A stretch of DNA of 64,000 nucleotides from positions 2,964 through 66,963 of the forward strand of contig JABHRC010000039.1 in the NCBI GenBank assembly GCA_018670435.1. The letters run 5' to 3'. The position numbers were made by a program, and so were the translations under genes. Source of the stretch: Gammaproteobacteria bacterium. GTDB lineage: Bacteria; Pseudomonadota; Gammaproteobacteria; GCA-002705445; GCA-002716945. Positions 50,190 through 60,569 of the stretch are shown here, one piece after another; the stretch's first letter is position 1; each line of letters begins with the position of its first letter. Under the pieces are notes generated by a model that had not been told where the DNA came from, did not search any database, and saw only the letters and a program-made list of their open reading frames with translations.

Positions 50190-50500
50190 TTAAGTGACTC
50201 AAAATATTTTGCAATATCATTAATATCTTGATCACTTAATGCTATGGCATTTGCATGCATTGTCTTGTGATCTCTGTCTTTGTTTTGATACGCTTTTAAT
50301 GCAGCGACTATATAATCTGAGTGTTGACCTGCTATTTTAGGAACTTTGTAAGTAGGATAAACATTATTGTAGCCTGGGATTGCATGACAACCAGTACATG
50401 TTTCTGACTTATCTTTTCCTGGATGAATTTCATCGGCAGTCACAAAGGATGCTGATAATATTAAAATTGGCACAACAAGTAATTTATTTATTGATTTCAT
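50186..50500 (-). CDS. Monohaem c-type cytochrome (cytochrome c4-like domain) with signal peptide.
   Basis: Haem site CTGCH, PKIAGQHSDY, and LSDQDINDIAKYF. Overlaps the downstream cytochrome gene by 4 nt. Confidence 0.7.
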   Translation of the reverse strand: MKSINKLLVVPILILSASFVTADEIHPGKDKSETCTGCHAIPGYNNVYPTYKVPKIAGQHSDYIVAALKAYQNKDRDHKTMHANAIALSDQDINDIAKYFESLK

Positions 50501-50594
50501 AGTCTATTTAAGCGAGGATTATACACTATATTTATTCGAGATAAAACTTCATTTTTTTTGTATAATGAACCAATAATACGTTGTGAATTAAATT

Positions 50595-50831
50595 ATGCCT
50601 ATTTATGAATACAAATGCGACGAATGTGGTTCAATTTTTGAACATTTTCAGAAAATAACCGACAAAGACCTAGATTCATGTATATCTTGTAAAAAAGTTG
50701 GGCTCAAAAAACTGATATCTTCATCTGGTTTCAGATTAAAAGGCTCAGGCTGGTATGAAACAGATTTTAAAGGTAAAAAGACAAAAGAAGATAAAGCTAC
50801 ACCTAAGTCAAACATAGTTAATAAATCTTAA
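50595..50831 (+). CDS. FmdB-family zinc-ribbon protein.
   Basis: MPIYEYKCDECG...C.SC is the canonical FmdB zinc-ribbon N-terminus. Sits upstream of aspS. Confidence 0.6.
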   Translation: MPIYEYKCDECGSIFEHFQKITDKDLDSCISCKKVGLKKLISSSGFRLKGSGWYETDFKGKKTKEDKATPKSNIVNKS

Positions 50832-50855
50832 AATTTTGCGGAATCCATACATATA

Positions 50856-52622
50856 ATGAAAAATTACCATTGCAATCAAATAACAGAGAATACATTAAAT
50901 CAAGAGGTTCAGTTATCTGGCTGGATCAGTAAGCGTCGTGATCATGGTGGCATTATTTTTGTCGACTTAAGAGATTATACTGGTATTGTACAGCTCGTCT
51001 TTAACCCTGATGATAAAGAGCTTTTTATAGAAGCAGAATCTATTAGGTCAGAATTTGTTATAAAAGTGAAAGGAGTTGTTAGCGATAGACTTGAAGGAAC
51101 AATTAATAAAGACTTAGTAACAGGAAAGGTTGAAATCATAGTTTCATCCTTACACATATTAAATAAGTCTGAAACCCCGCCGTTTAAAATCAATGATGAT
51201 AATGTGAATGAAGACCAAAGGCTCCAATACCGATATTTGGATATGAGAAGTGATAAAATGCAGAATACCATTCGCTTTAGATCTAAACTTGTTCAAACAA
51301 TTAGAAATTATTTTTATTCTAAAGAATTTGTTGATGTTGAGACTCCAATTTTAACAAAAACAACTCCAGAAGGAGCGAGAGACTATTTAGTCCCGAGTAG
51401 AGTACATCCTCGGGAATTCTTCGCTTTACCCCAATCACCACAGTTATTCAAACAAACATTGATGATTGGAGGAATTGATAGATATTTTCAAATTGCAAAA
51501 TGTTTTAGAGATGAAGACTTAAGATCTGACAGACAACCAGAATTTACACAGCTTGATGTTGAATTATCATTTACAGAGGAAGAGGAGGTTATTCAGATAA
51601 TTGAAGAATTATTTAATCTAATTTTCAAAGATATGATGAGTAATAAAAATGATTTAATTTTTGAGCGAATGTCTTATCATGAAGCATTAAAGAATTATGG
51701 CTGTGACAAACCAGATTTAAGAAACCCACTGATTTTAAAAGATATCAAAGAATTAGTTAAAAAAGTTGATTTTAAAGTATTTTCGGATCATGTGGATAAT
51801 ATGAATTCACGAATAGTTGCTTTAAAAGTCCCTGGCGGGACATCTTTATCCAGAAAGCATATAGATGATTTGACTGAAATTGTAAAACAGTTTGGAGCAA
51901 AGGGTCTTGCGTATTTCAAATGTGAAGATGTTTTCAATATAGAGAATGGAGTAACCTCTCCAATTAAAAAATTCCTTACTCCAGATGTAATTCAGAATAT
52001 TCTTAATGAAGTTAATGCGCAAAATGGTGATTTAGTATTTTTCTCAGCAGATTCTATAGAAGTAGTGAATAGTTCCATGTCAGCACTTATAAAAGAATTA
52101 GGTCTGAGCCTAGATCTTTTGTCTGAAGGCTGGAAATTTTTATGGGTTCTAGATTATCCACTTTTTGAAAAAGATGCTGAAGGAAATCCTACATCTATAC
52201 ATCATCCATTTACATCCCCTAAAAATTATAAAGATTTATCAGATACTGATGTTTTTAATATTCCATCAAGAGCATATGATCTAATCTTGAATGGTAATGA
52301 AATTGGCGGTGGATCAATAAGGATACATTCGAAAGATATACAAATGAAGGTATTTGAGCTGTTAAATATTAGCGAGGAAGAAATGAATAAGAAATTTGGA
52401 TTTTTCTTAAATGCATTATCTTTTGGCTGCCCACCCCATGGTGGTATAGCTTTTGGAATAGATAGACTAGTTATGTTGCTGTCAGGGTTGGATTCTATTA
52501 GAGAAACAATTGCTTTTCCTAAAACTCAATCCGCATCATGCCTAATGACAAGTGCCCCTTCGAGTGTAGATGAAAAACAATTGCGTGAACTATCTATTAA
52601 TACTATTAAACCAGTAAAATAA
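50856..52622 (+). CDS. aspS: Aspartate--tRNA ligase.
   Basis: Class II aaRS. Has [19 protein letters not shown], the FRDEDLR motif 2 region, and a C-terminal [13 protein letters not shown]. Confidence 0.95.
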   Translation: MKNYHCNQITENTLNQEVQLSGWISKRRDHGGIIFVDLRDYTGIVQLVFNPDDKELFIEAESIRSEFVIKVKGVVSDRLEGTINKDLVTGKVEIIVSSLHILNKSETPPFKINDDNVNEDQRLQYRYLDMRSDKMQNTIRFRSKLVQTIRNYFYSKEFVDVETPILTKTTPEGARDYLVPSRVHPREFFALPQSPQLFKQTLMIGGIDRYFQIAKCFRDEDLRSDRQPEFTQLDVELSFTEEEEVIQIIEELFNLIFKDMMSNKNDLIFERMSYHEALKNYGCDKPDLRNPLILKDIKELVKKVDFKVFSDHVDNMNSRIVALKVPGGTSLSRKHIDDLTEIVKQFGAKGLAYFKCEDVFNIENGVTSPIKKFLTPDVIQNILNEVNAQNGDLVFFSADSIEVVNSSMSALIKELGLSLDLLSEGWKFLWVLDYPLFEKDAEGNPTSIHHPFTSPKNYKDLSDTDVFNIPSRAYDLILNGNEIGGGSIRIHSKDIQMKVFELLNISEEEMNKKFGFFLNALSFGCPPHGGIAFGIDRLVMLLSGLDSIRETIAFPKTQSASCLMTSAPSSVDEKQLRELSINTIKPVK

Positions 52623-52625
52623 GAC

Positions 52626-53606
52626 ATGGAATATAATAAATATCTCTTGAAAACCAAATCTTTGCTAAAGGAAAATAATGCAAAAATAATCGCCCATTAT
52701 TATGTAGATGAATTAGTACAAAGATTAGCAGAAGATACCGGTGGTTTAGTTAGTGATAGCCTTGAAATGGCAAGGTATGGAGCAAAACAAGCACAATCAA
52801 CATTGATAGTTGCAGGTGTTAAATTTATGGGTGAAACAGCTAAGATACTCAACCCAGATAAACGTATATATATGTTAGATATGGAAGCAACGTGCTCTCT
52901 CGATATTGGTTGTGACTATGAGAATTTTAAAAAATTCTGTGACGAACATCCTGAAAGAGAAGTTGTAGTATATGCAAATACCAGTGCTGAAGTTAAGTCA
53001 ATTGCCGATTGGGTAGTCACATCTAGTATGGCAGTATCTCTCGTTGAACACTTAACGTCTCTAGGCAAAAAATTAATATGGGCCCCTGATAAGTATCTTG
53101 GTAATTATATTCTCGAAAAAACTGGTGCTGATATGTTGTTATGGGACGGCTCTTGCATAGTGCATGAAGAATATAAAGTTAAAGAATTAAAGAATATGAT
53201 AAATAAATACCCAGACTGCGATGTTCTTGTGCATCCAGAATCTCCACGAAGTATAATACAGATGGCTAATGTAGTAGGATCAACAACTAAGCTTATAGAG
53301 GCATCTAAGAGTAGTAATAAAAAATATATTATAGTAGCTACAGAAAAAGGAATTTTTTATCAGATGAAAAAATATTCTCCTGAAAAAATATTTCTAGAAG
53401 CACCTACAGAAGGCGAGGGTGCTACATGCAAGAGTTGCGGAAGATGTCCATGGATGAATTTGAATACTGCTGAAAAAATCTTAAATGTATTTGATTCAAA
53501 ATCTAACGAAATATTTTTGGCTCATGATATAATCATTAAAGCTAAGACACCAATAGATAGAATGGTAAATTTCCGTTTAAATAATATTACTCACAAGGCA
53601 TCTTAA
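52626..53606 (+). CDS. nadA: Quinolinate synthase A.
   Basis: NadA-like pattern IIAHYYVD...ADWVVTSS...CIVHEEY with C-terminal cysteines. Confidence 0.8.
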   Translation: MEYNKYLLKTKSLLKENNAKIIAHYYVDELVQRLAEDTGGLVSDSLEMARYGAKQAQSTLIVAGVKFMGETAKILNPDKRIYMLDMEATCSLDIGCDYENFKKFCDEHPEREVVVYANTSAEVKSIADWVVTSSMAVSLVEHLTSLGKKLIWAPDKYLGNYILEKTGADMLLWDGSCIVHEEYKVKELKNMINKYPDCDVLVHPESPRSIIQMANVVGSTTKLIEASKSSNKKYIIVATEKGIFYQMKKYSPEKIFLEAPTEGEGATCKSCGRCPWMNLNTAEKILNVFDSKSNEIFLAHDIIIKAKTPIDRMVNFRLNNITHKAS

Positions 53607-53607
53607 T

Positions 53608-54321
53608 ATGGCGGGACACAGTAAATGGGCAAATATCCAACATAGGAAGAAAGCTCAAGATAATAAAAGAGGAAAAACTTTTACAAAGGTGATCAGAGAA
53701 ATTACTGTTGCTGCTAAAATGGGTGGAACTGATGTAGGAAGTAATTCAAGGTTGAGATTGGCATTATCTAAAGCTAATGCTGCTAATGTTCCTAAAGATA
53801 CTGTAAAGAGAGCCATTGATAAAGCTTCTGGTCAAAATAATGATAACTTTGAAGAAATTACTTATGAAGGTTATGGCCCAAAAGGGATTGCTGTGATAAT
53901 TGAATGTTTGACAGACAATAAGAATAGAACAGTTTCTGACTTAAGACATGCTTTAACAAAACATGGAGGCAGTCTTGGGACGAATGGATCCGTATCTCAT
54001 CTATTTCGTAAAGTTGGAATAATGAAGTTACTTAATATTACTGAAGATGATTTACTTGAACATATGGATGTTGTGGAGATTGAAGATTTTGAAATGATAG
54101 ATACTGACTGTATTATTTTTACAAAACCTAACGAGTTGTTTAGCAAGAAAAAATATTTTGAATCTAAAACTATTGAGGTTATAGATGAAGAGATCATCAT
54201 GGATGCTCTTACTACAATACAAATAAGCAAGGATGATGAAGAAAAAGTTTCAGACTTATCTAGTAAAATAGAGGAGTTAGATGATGTTCAAAATGTTTAT
54301 ATGAACGTAAGTCTTTCTTGA
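53608..54321 (+). CDS. yebC: YebC/PmpR-family transcriptional regulatory protein.
   Basis: MAGHSKWANIQHRK N-terminus. Upstream of ruvC, as is conserved. Confidence 0.9.
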   Translation: MAGHSKWANIQHRKKAQDNKRGKTFTKVIREITVAAKMGGTDVGSNSRLRLALSKANAANVPKDTVKRAIDKASGQNNDNFEEITYEGYGPKGIAVIIECLTDNKNRTVSDLRHALTKHGGSLGTNGSVSHLFRKVGIMKLLNITEDDLLEHMDVVEIEDFEMIDTDCIIFTKPNELFSKKKYFESKTIEVIDEEIIMDALTTIQISKDDEEKVSDLSSKIEELDDVQNVYMNVSLS

Positions 54322-54824
54322 TTTTTATGATAACTATATTAGGAATTGACCCTGGAACAAATATTACAGGTTTTGGATTAATTAGGTTAGAAGAAAATAA
54401 ATTTAATTATATACATCATGCCATTATCAAAACCGGTTTAAAGAATAAGTATACAACTAAGCTAGCGATGATCAATGAAGCTACTAATAATATTATTGAT
54501 GAGTACAAACCATCTCATGTAGCTATTGAATCTGTATTTTTTAGCGTAAATGCTGGGACAGCTATCAAACTTGGACAAGCAAGAGGCGCTGCTGTTTGTG
54601 CTTGTAGCAGAGCAGGCTTGGAAGTATTTGAATATAGTCCTAGAACAGTCAAAATGGTTGTAACTACAAGTGGTGCATCTGATAAAGAACAACTTCAGAA
54701 AAAAGTAAAAAGTATTTTGAAAATTAGGCGAAAATTAGAAATAGATGCGTCTGATGCTTTGGGTGTAGCTATATGTCATGCAATGACATATATGGAAAAC
54801 CCTGATAATGTTAAAAGTATTTAA
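54318..54824 (+). CDS. ruvC: Crossover junction endodeoxyribonuclease RuvC.
   Basis: ILGIDPG motif and acidic catalytic residues. 160-170 aa. Confidence 0.88.
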   Translation: MIFMITILGIDPGTNITGFGLIRLEENKFNYIHHAIIKTGLKNKYTTKLAMINEATNNIIDEYKPSHVAIESVFFSVNAGTAIKLGQARGAAVCACSRAGLEVFEYSPRTVKMVVTTSGASDKEQLQKKVKSILKIRRKLEIDASDALGVAICHAMTYMENPDNVKSI

Positions 54825-54827
54825 ACT

Positions 54828-55469
54828 ATGAATACATTAATTATAAACGAAATCTTTTATTCCATTCAAGGGGAAAGTTTAATGTCTGGAATGCCTACTA
54901 TCTTTATTAGATTAACCGGTTGTCCATTGAGATGCGAGTATTGTGATACTGCTTATGCCTTTAACGAAGGTTCTAAAAAAAAATTTGACGAAATAATCAC
55001 CGAAATAGAAAAATATGATTGTAAAAATATTACAATAACTGGTGGAGAGCCATTATCTCAAAAAAATACTATCCTGTTAATGAATGATTTGCATCAGTTA
55101 TCCTACAATATCTCCATTGAAACCAGTAATGCTATTTCGATAAAAAACTTGAACGATAAAACGATAATAATATTAGATATTAAAACTCCAGGCTCTAAAG
55201 AAGAGAGTAAAAATATTATAGATAATTATAAATACTTAAAATCTGATGATCAAATTAAGTTTGTTATTTGTGATTTGGATGATTACATCTGGGCAAAGGA
55301 TTATATATTTAAATATAGTCTGCATAAAATATGTACCATTTTATTTTCTCCTAGTTATGGAAAAATGGATATAAAGCTTCTTGCTGAAAGTATGTTAAAA
55401 GATAATATCCCAGCTAGATTACAAACTCAGTTACACAAAGTTATATGGAGTGATGAACGTGGGAGATAA
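54828..55469 (+). CDS. queE: 7-carboxy-7-deazaguanine synthase (radical SAM).
   Basis: Radical SAM cysteine motif CPLRCEYCDT. 213 aa. Confidence 0.85.
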   Translation: MNTLIINEIFYSIQGESLMSGMPTIFIRLTGCPLRCEYCDTAYAFNEGSKKKFDEIITEIEKYDCKNITITGGEPLSQKNTILLMNDLHQLSYNISIETSNAISIKNLNDKTIIILDIKTPGSKEESKNIIDNYKYLKSDDQIKFVICDLDDYIWAKDYIFKYSLHKICTILFSPSYGKMDIKLLAESMLKDNIPARLQTQLHKVIWSDERGR

Positions 55470-56139
55470 TAAAAAAGCGCTGGTCCTTTTTTCTGGTGGT
55501 TTGGATTCTACGACAGTATTAGCTATTGCAAAATCAAAAGGTTATAAAATAACAGCTCTTACGATCAATTATAAGCAGAGACATGATTATGAGATTTTAG
55601 CTAGTAAGAATATTATTGCCAGTCATTCTGATATCAATCATATAATATTTGATATAGATTTAACTCGTATAGGTGGATCAGCATTAACTGATTCAAGTCT
55701 CGATGTCCCAAAGGAAGAGTCTTCCGGTATACCAATCACATATGTGCCAGCTAGAAATACAATATTCTTATCGATAGCAGCATCTTATGCTGAAAAATTA
55801 AAAATTAGAGAAATATATATAGGAGTCAATGCAATAGATTATTCTGGTTATCCTGACTGTAGACCTGAGTTTATAGCTTCTTTTCAAGAAATGATAAATC
55901 TTGGAACAAAATCTGGATCTGAGGGTTCATCATTCGAAGTAATAACTCCTTTAATCAACATGACCAAGGCGGAAATAATTAAAACGGGTTTAAAGTTAGG
56001 AGTTGATTATTCCCATACAGTTTCTTGCTATTCATTATCTGACAATGGAGAGGCATGCGGTAACTGTGATTCATGTAAATTTAGAAAAAAAGGTTTTATG
56101 GATGCAAGTGTTGATGATCCAACAATTTATCAAAAATAA
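55450..56139 (+). CDS. queC: 7-cyano-7-deazaguanine synthase.
   Basis: PP-loop LVLFSGGLDSTT and a C-terminal Zn-binding cysteine cluster CGNCDSC. Confidence 0.9.
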   Translation: MMNVGDNKKALVLFSGGLDSTTVLAIAKSKGYKITALTINYKQRHDYEILASKNIIASHSDINHIIFDIDLTRIGGSALTDSSLDVPKEESSGIPITYVPARNTIFLSIAASYAEKLKIREIYIGVNAIDYSGYPDCRPEFIASFQEMINLGTKSGSEGSSFEVITPLINMTKAEIIKTGLKLGVDYSHTVSCYSLSDNGEACGNCDSCKFRKKGFMDASVDDPTIYQK

Positions 56140-56213
56140 TTAAAAAATATAATGCTAATATTACTCTTTGCTAATATAATTATAAAAAATCAAAATTGAA
56201 TAAATAGGTATAC

Positions 56214-57413
56214 ATGGAGATCTCAGTTATATTATTAACATATACGTCAATACTTGGCTTTATCCTTGGCTTCGTCGTATGTAAAACTAATTTTTGCACG
56301 ATGGGAGCTGTCTCAGACTGGGTAAACATTGGAGACCTATCACGTTTTAAATCATGGATGCTCGCTTCAGCTATAGCCATTATTGGAGTCACAGTCTTTG
56401 AGTTTATGTCATATATAGACTTAAATGATTCAAGAATACCTTACAGAAACTCCGTCTTTCTATGGCCTAGATACATTATAGGTGGGGTTATGTTTGGGGT
56501 TGGAATGACGTATGCAAGTGGCTGTGGTAACAAAGTTTTAATTAGGGTTGGTGGAGGCAATTTAAAATCAATAGTAGTTCTATTAGTGGCTGGTCTTATG
56601 GCCTACATAATGACTAGAACAGATTTTTATGGCGTTATTTTTCATAGCTGGATGAACCCAATTAGTCCTGATTTAGCTGTATTAGGCATAGATGATCAGT
56701 CTTTGCCTACCATCATATCATTTATAACATCTTCATCAAATACAGCGTATTACAAGCTTATAATAGGGTTATTAACTGGATTAGCTATCCTTTATTATAT
56801 TTTTAGGTCCGGAACTTTCGTAAAAAATATGGACAATGTCGTAGGTGGTTTCATTGTAGGCAGTGTTGTAGCTCTTGCATGGTATCTAACAGGATCATCT
56901 TTAGGTGAAGAATGGATCGAAACTAATAACTTTCTTGACAGCCCATTACCAGGAGTTGGGGTTCAATCATTCACATTCATAAACCCAATGGGAGAGAGCA
57001 TTATTTATTTAAGTCAATCTGCAAATATGTATTATCTGACATTTGGTGTTACTGCTTTACTCTCTGTAATCCTGGGCTCTTTCGTTTACTCCATCATGTC
57101 TAAAAATTTTAGAATAGAGTGGTTTCAGTCAAAAGAAGACCTTAAAAGACATATCATAGGAGCAGTTTTAATAGGAATAGGTGGAGTATTATCGTTGGGT
57201 TGTACAATTGGTCAGGGAGTATCAGGTGTTTCTACACTCGCACTAGGATCATTTGTAACTCTAATATCAATAGTTATTGGTGCATCTATAGCAATGAAAA
57301 TAGAATATTATAATGCAGTCTATGAAGATTGTAGTTTTTTTGATAGTCTAAGGTCTTCATTAGCAGATTTGAAGTTAATACCAAATAAGTTCAGAGCACT
57401 TGAAAAGATATAA
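56214..57413 (+). CDS. YeeE/YedE-family (TsuA-like) sulfur-compound/thiosulfate transporter.
   Basis: Two conserved Cys-containing motifs (ASGCGNK and LGCTIGQG) in a polytopic membrane protein. Confidence 0.7.
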   Translation: MEISVILLTYTSILGFILGFVVCKTNFCTMGAVSDWVNIGDLSRFKSWMLASAIAIIGVTVFEFMSYIDLNDSRIPYRNSVFLWPRYIIGGVMFGVGMTYASGCGNKVLIRVGGGNLKSIVVLLVAGLMAYIMTRTDFYGVIFHSWMNPISPDLAVLGIDDQSLPTIISFITSSSNTAYYKLIIGLLTGLAILYYIFRSGTFVKNMDNVVGGFIVGSVVALAWYLTGSSLGEEWIETNNFLDSPLPGVGVQSFTFINPMGESIIYLSQSANMYYLTFGVTALLSVILGSFVYSIMSKNFRIEWFQSKEDLKRHIIGAVLIGIGGVLSLGCTIGQGVSGVSTLALGSFVTLISIVIGASIAMKIEYYNAVYEDCSFFDSLRSSLADLKLIPNKFRALEKI

Positions 57414-57414
57414 T

Positions 57415-57487
57415 GGGGCGTTAGCTCAGTTGGTAGAGCAGTGGCCTTTTAAGCCATTTGTCACTGGTTCGAATCCAGTACGCCCTA
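57415..57487 (+). tRNA. tRNA-Lys (anticodon UUU).
   Basis: GGGGCGTTAGCTCAGTTGGTAGAGCAGTGGCCTTTTAAGCCATTTGTCACTGGTTCGAATCCAGTACGCCCTA folds as a cloverleaf with anticodon loop CUUUUAA. It is near-identical in the D-arm and T-arm to E. coli tRNA-Lys. No CCA is encoded. Confidence 0.9.
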
Positions 57488-57499
57488 TATAATCAAGTT

Positions 57500-58399
57500 A
57501 TGAAAAAATTTTTGCCTATATTTTTAGTATTATTTTCTACTTATAGTTTATCGGGCCCATTAGAACTTAAGCATAAATCAATATCACTTAATGGAATTTA
57601 TTCTTCTATACCAGAAAAATCTAAATCAATAGCTTTAATTCTCCATGGTACTCGTGGACATCAAAATTTAGAAATTATAACCATGCTGAGAGATTCTCTC
57701 TTGGAAAATGGTATTGATAGTCTCACTATCAATTTGAGTTATGGAATAAATAATCGAACTAATGACTTTCTATCGTGTGATATAGAACATAAACATAAGC
57801 AGTCAAATTCTCAAGATGAGATCAAGCTTTGGTATGAATATATAAAAAAAATAGGTTATGAGAAAATATATCTTATTGGTCATTCTAGGGGCGGTTTAGA
57901 TATAATTAATTTTCATGAAAGCTTGGATTCTAAAAATCAAAATTCAATTAATTCAATATTTCTATTAGCTCCTATTTCCGAGACATGGGAATCATTGTTG
58001 GATAGGTATAAAAAAAAATATAATATTGATATCTGGGATTTAGTTAAATCGAAAACTGAGAAATTGAAAATTAGTTTTCTAGGTTGTGAAGATGCAACTG
58101 TTTATCGTGATACGTTCTTAGATTATTATTTAGTAGGTGGTGACGCCTATTTTTTTGCTAGTGATGCTACAAGATTCGCTGATCATGGATTAAATTTACA
58201 TCTTGCTAATACTTCGGGTAAAGTACATGTGATAACTGCTTCCGAGGATACTATCACGCCTAATACTCATAAAATAGTTAAAGATATTGCAGCTAGAAAA
58301 ACAAATATAGAGCTATATCAAGTTGAGGGATCAGACCATTTTTTCAGAGATTTCTACTTTGATGATTTGATGGAAATAGTAATGGATGGTACTAACTAA
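57500..58399 (+). CDS. Secreted alpha/beta-hydrolase-fold protein. (The ORF-track start at 57458 would overlap the tRNA, so the true start is MKKFLPIFL at 57500.)
   Basis: Signal peptide and the GHSRGG nucleophile elbow (GxSxG). Confidence 0.55.
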   Translation: MKKFLPIFLVLFSTYSLSGPLELKHKSISLNGIYSSIPEKSKSIALILHGTRGHQNLEIITMLRDSLLENGIDSLTINLSYGINNRTNDFLSCDIEHKHKQSNSQDEIKLWYEYIKKIGYEKIYLIGHSRGGLDIINFHESLDSKNQNSINSIFLLAPISETWESLLDRYKKKYNIDIWDLVKSKTEKLKISFLGCEDATVYRDTFLDYYLVGGDAYFFASDATRFADHGLNLHLANTSGKVHVITASEDTITPNTHKIVKDIAARKTNIELYQVEGSDHFFRDFYFDDLMEIVMDGTN

Positions 58400-58406
58400 A
58401 TAGTTT

Positions 58407-58928
58407 TTACTCTATCGTAAAAGGCTGTTCTTCGGGTGACCTTGTAGTAGAGTCAATATTTATGCTGCTATTTATAGTGGTACCAGTCTTTGGCCCAACT
58501 GTCACTTCTGAAGAAGAATTGTCAAATACTTTTCGGTTTACTTTAATTGTTGCAAATCTATCTTCTTTGTCGAAATTCATCAAGACGAAGCCGCTTCTAA
58601 CAATAGCAATTTCTGACCAACCATCATCTCGCATGCTGACTCTATAAAACTCAACAACTTCATCCGCGGAAACTTCATGGAGTAGGTATAATACACCAGT
58701 GAAACGCTCACCTTCGCCAAAAATGATTGTTTTGTCAGTAATATATTTTGAGTTTTCAGGGATAGGAATAGATATCTGTAACCTTTTGCTTACGCTAATT
58801 TCTTTGATTTCTGATGCTTCTTCATCACCTTGTCCCGGTATAATGCTGTTCATTGCAGCACAAGAAGCAAATAATAAAGGCGCAAATATAGTTATGAATA
58901 GTTTTGATACAGTTGATTTATTTACCAT
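58407..58928 (-). CDS. Lipoprotein of unknown function co-oriented with, and directly downstream of, soxA.
   Basis: Lipobox LLFASC. No family was recognised. It lies 13 nt downstream of the soxA stop. Confidence 0.45.
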   Translation of the reverse strand: MVNKSTVSKLFITIFAPLLFASCAAMNSIIPGQGDEEASEIKEISVSKRLQISIPIPENSKYITDKTIIFGEGERFTGVLYLLHEVSADEVVEFYRVSMRDDGWSEIAIVRSGFVLMNFDKEDRFATIKVNRKVFDNSSSEVTVGPKTGTTINSSINIDSTTRSPEEQPFTIE

Positions 58929-58941
58929 ATTTTAATTATAC

Positions 58942-59775
58942 CTATTTTCTGCTTCCTGGACCATTTATTTCTAATCCATTACTCATATAGCTGATAAAAT
59001 ACTCTAAATTTCTATATTCTTCATTTTGTGCTTTAAAAGGTTTAGCTCTAACTCTATTTAAACAGCCAGCAAATCTTTCATGTAATGTTACTAAACGTCC
59101 AGCTCCGGATCTATAAGCTGGAAAATGTGTAGTATGTCCTATTCCCGGACTGGGAATGTCAGCCCTTAACTTGGTACCAGTCTGATAGACATGACAATCT
59201 GCGCAAGAGAAGTTTAATTGACCAACTTTAGTAAAATAAAGTTTCTTGCCAGCTTCATAGGCATCAAGTGCTTCCTGGCTATTGGGTATTTTAACATCAA
59301 ACTTTTTACCCCTTGAAGTATAAGCCATATAAGCTGATATATCAGCCATAGGCCCACCTTTATAATAACTTAGAGGCTTTTCTCCATTTGCTTTTCTGCA
59401 ATTATTAATTGCTAGTTCTAATGTCATAACTTTTCCTGAATCGTTGTCAAAGTATGGATAATTTTGCCTGATTGCAATACCTGAGTTTTCAAAACAACTT
59501 GCGTAAGTGTTTCCATTTTTAAATGGTTCATTAAACAAGGCCTCCCCATCTTCAATATTAATTTCATAAGGAGGAAAGTCCTCTATTGATTCCCACTGCT
59601 CTCTGGATGAGGCATCTATCGAGTAGACACCATTTTTATAATCACTGAATTCAGTATTAGGAAATCTATTTTCAAAATAATCTCTAAACAACTGTCGATC
59701 TTCTTCTGGAGAAGCAAATGCAGTAATATTAACAAATAGAGTTATTAGTAAAAAATTATGAAAAAAGTTCTTCAT
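58942..59775 (-). CDS. soxA: Sulfur oxidation c-type cytochrome SoxA (monohaem form).
   Basis: Signal peptide and the haem motif CADCH. The downstream conserved Cys lies in the ...FAGCLNRV region. 277 aa. Its position after soxZ matches known sox operons. Confidence 0.75.
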   Translation of the reverse strand: MKNFFHNFLLITLFVNITAFASPEEDRQLFRDYFENRFPNTEFSDYKNGVYSIDASSREQWESIEDFPPYEINIEDGEALFNEPFKNGNTYASCFENSGIAIRQNYPYFDNDSGKVMTLELAINNCRKANGEKPLSYYKGGPMADISAYMAYTSRGKKFDVKIPNSQEALDAYEAGKKLYFTKVGQLNFSCADCHVYQTGTKLRADIPSPGIGHTTHFPAYRSGAGRLVTLHERFAGCLNRVRAKPFKAQNEEYRNLEYFISYMSNGLEINGPGSRK

Positions 59776-59781
59776 TTGATA

Positions 59782-60090
59782 CTACTTAACCTTGCCTTCT
59801 TTAGAATCTTTATTACCCTGATTATCTTCCCAGGTAAGTTCAACCGTATCACCTTTAGATCCCATATAAGCAAATGTTACATAAGGATTTTTTGAAACAG
59901 CTGGACCCCAATTTATAGTGATAACTTCACTACCATTAGCTTTTCCAATTACTTGTTGTATGAAATGAGCTGGAATTTTCTCTCCAGTTTTACCATTTTT
60001 TCTTTGACCTGTTTCCATGGGATGCTTGATGATTGCCTTGACAGTCACTATACCTTTGCTTTCTTTTGCTCTTACTTTAATTGTACTCAT
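59782..60090 (-). CDS. soxZ: Thiosulfate oxidation carrier complex protein SoxZ.
   Basis: About 100 aa, sitting between soxY and soxA. Confidence 0.75.
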   Translation of the reverse strand: MSTIKVRAKESKGIVTVKAIIKHPMETGQRKNGKTGEKIPAHFIQQVIGKANGSEVITINWGPAVSKNPYVTFAYMGSKGDTVELTWEDNQGNKDSKEGKVK

Positions 60091-60096
60091 AATTAT

Positions 60097-60561
60097 TTAG
60101 CCTCCACATCCGCCAATTGTTACTTTCACTTCTTTTGAAGCAGTATATATCTTACCATTGCTCTTTACAGCTGCCATTACTGTTGAGGTCTTGCCCATCT
60201 TGATTCTTGTTCCAACAACTGGTATTGATTTAGGACTTAAATGATAGCCACTGGATAACGGTTGAGGATTATTTTCAACAAATATCATTATAGACTCAAC
60301 ATTTTTTAGTTTAGTTTTTACATTAAGAGGAACAATTGCTCCATTTTCAGCAATGTCTGGTGCCTTGAGAGTTACTTCTGAGCTTTCAGTTAGATTATTA
60401 TGCCCATATACACTGTTTATAGAGTCACTTAATTCTGTAATATCAAAAGAAGCTTTTGGCCATGCTGCATATAACCTTTTGGGTTTAATCATTAAGCCAG
60501 CAAATGTTGTTATCGTTGCTGCAGTCATAAAGGAATTCTTTAAAAAATTTCTTCTATTCAT
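60097..60561 (-). CDS. soxY: Thiosulfate oxidation carrier protein SoxY.
   Basis: Tat-like signal (MNRRNFLK) and the invariant C-terminal GGCGG substrate-carrying motif. Confidence 0.88.
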   Translation of the reverse strand: MNRRNFLKNSFMTAATITTFAGLMIKPKRLYAAWPKASFDITELSDSINSVYGHNNLTESSEVTLKAPDIAENGAIVPLNVKTKLKNVESIMIFVENNPQPLSSGYHLSPKSIPVVGTRIKMGKTSTVMAAVKSNGKIYTASKEVKVTIGGCGG

Positions 60562-60569
60562 AATTTACC

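Noticed and set aside
50541-50566. Extended -10 promoter (TGnTATAAT) upstream of the FmdB-family gene.
   Set aside because: A perfect TATAAT is present at 50561-50566, but the TG abuts it directly with no intervening base, and no convincing -35 is present. This is a plausible promoter but not strong enough to annotate.
57458-57499. The ORF-track start of the alpha/beta hydrolase overlaps tRNA-Lys.
   Set aside because: This is an artefact of longest-ORF calling. The signal-peptide-bearing start MKKFLPIFL at 57500 lies just after the tRNA and is the plausible initiation site.
57415-58399. Possible genomic island or integrated element at tRNA-Lys.
   Set aside because: There is no integrase, transposase, phage gene or direct repeat of the tRNA 3' end downstream. 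The flanking genes (hydrolase, sox) are ordinary periplasmic metabolic genes.
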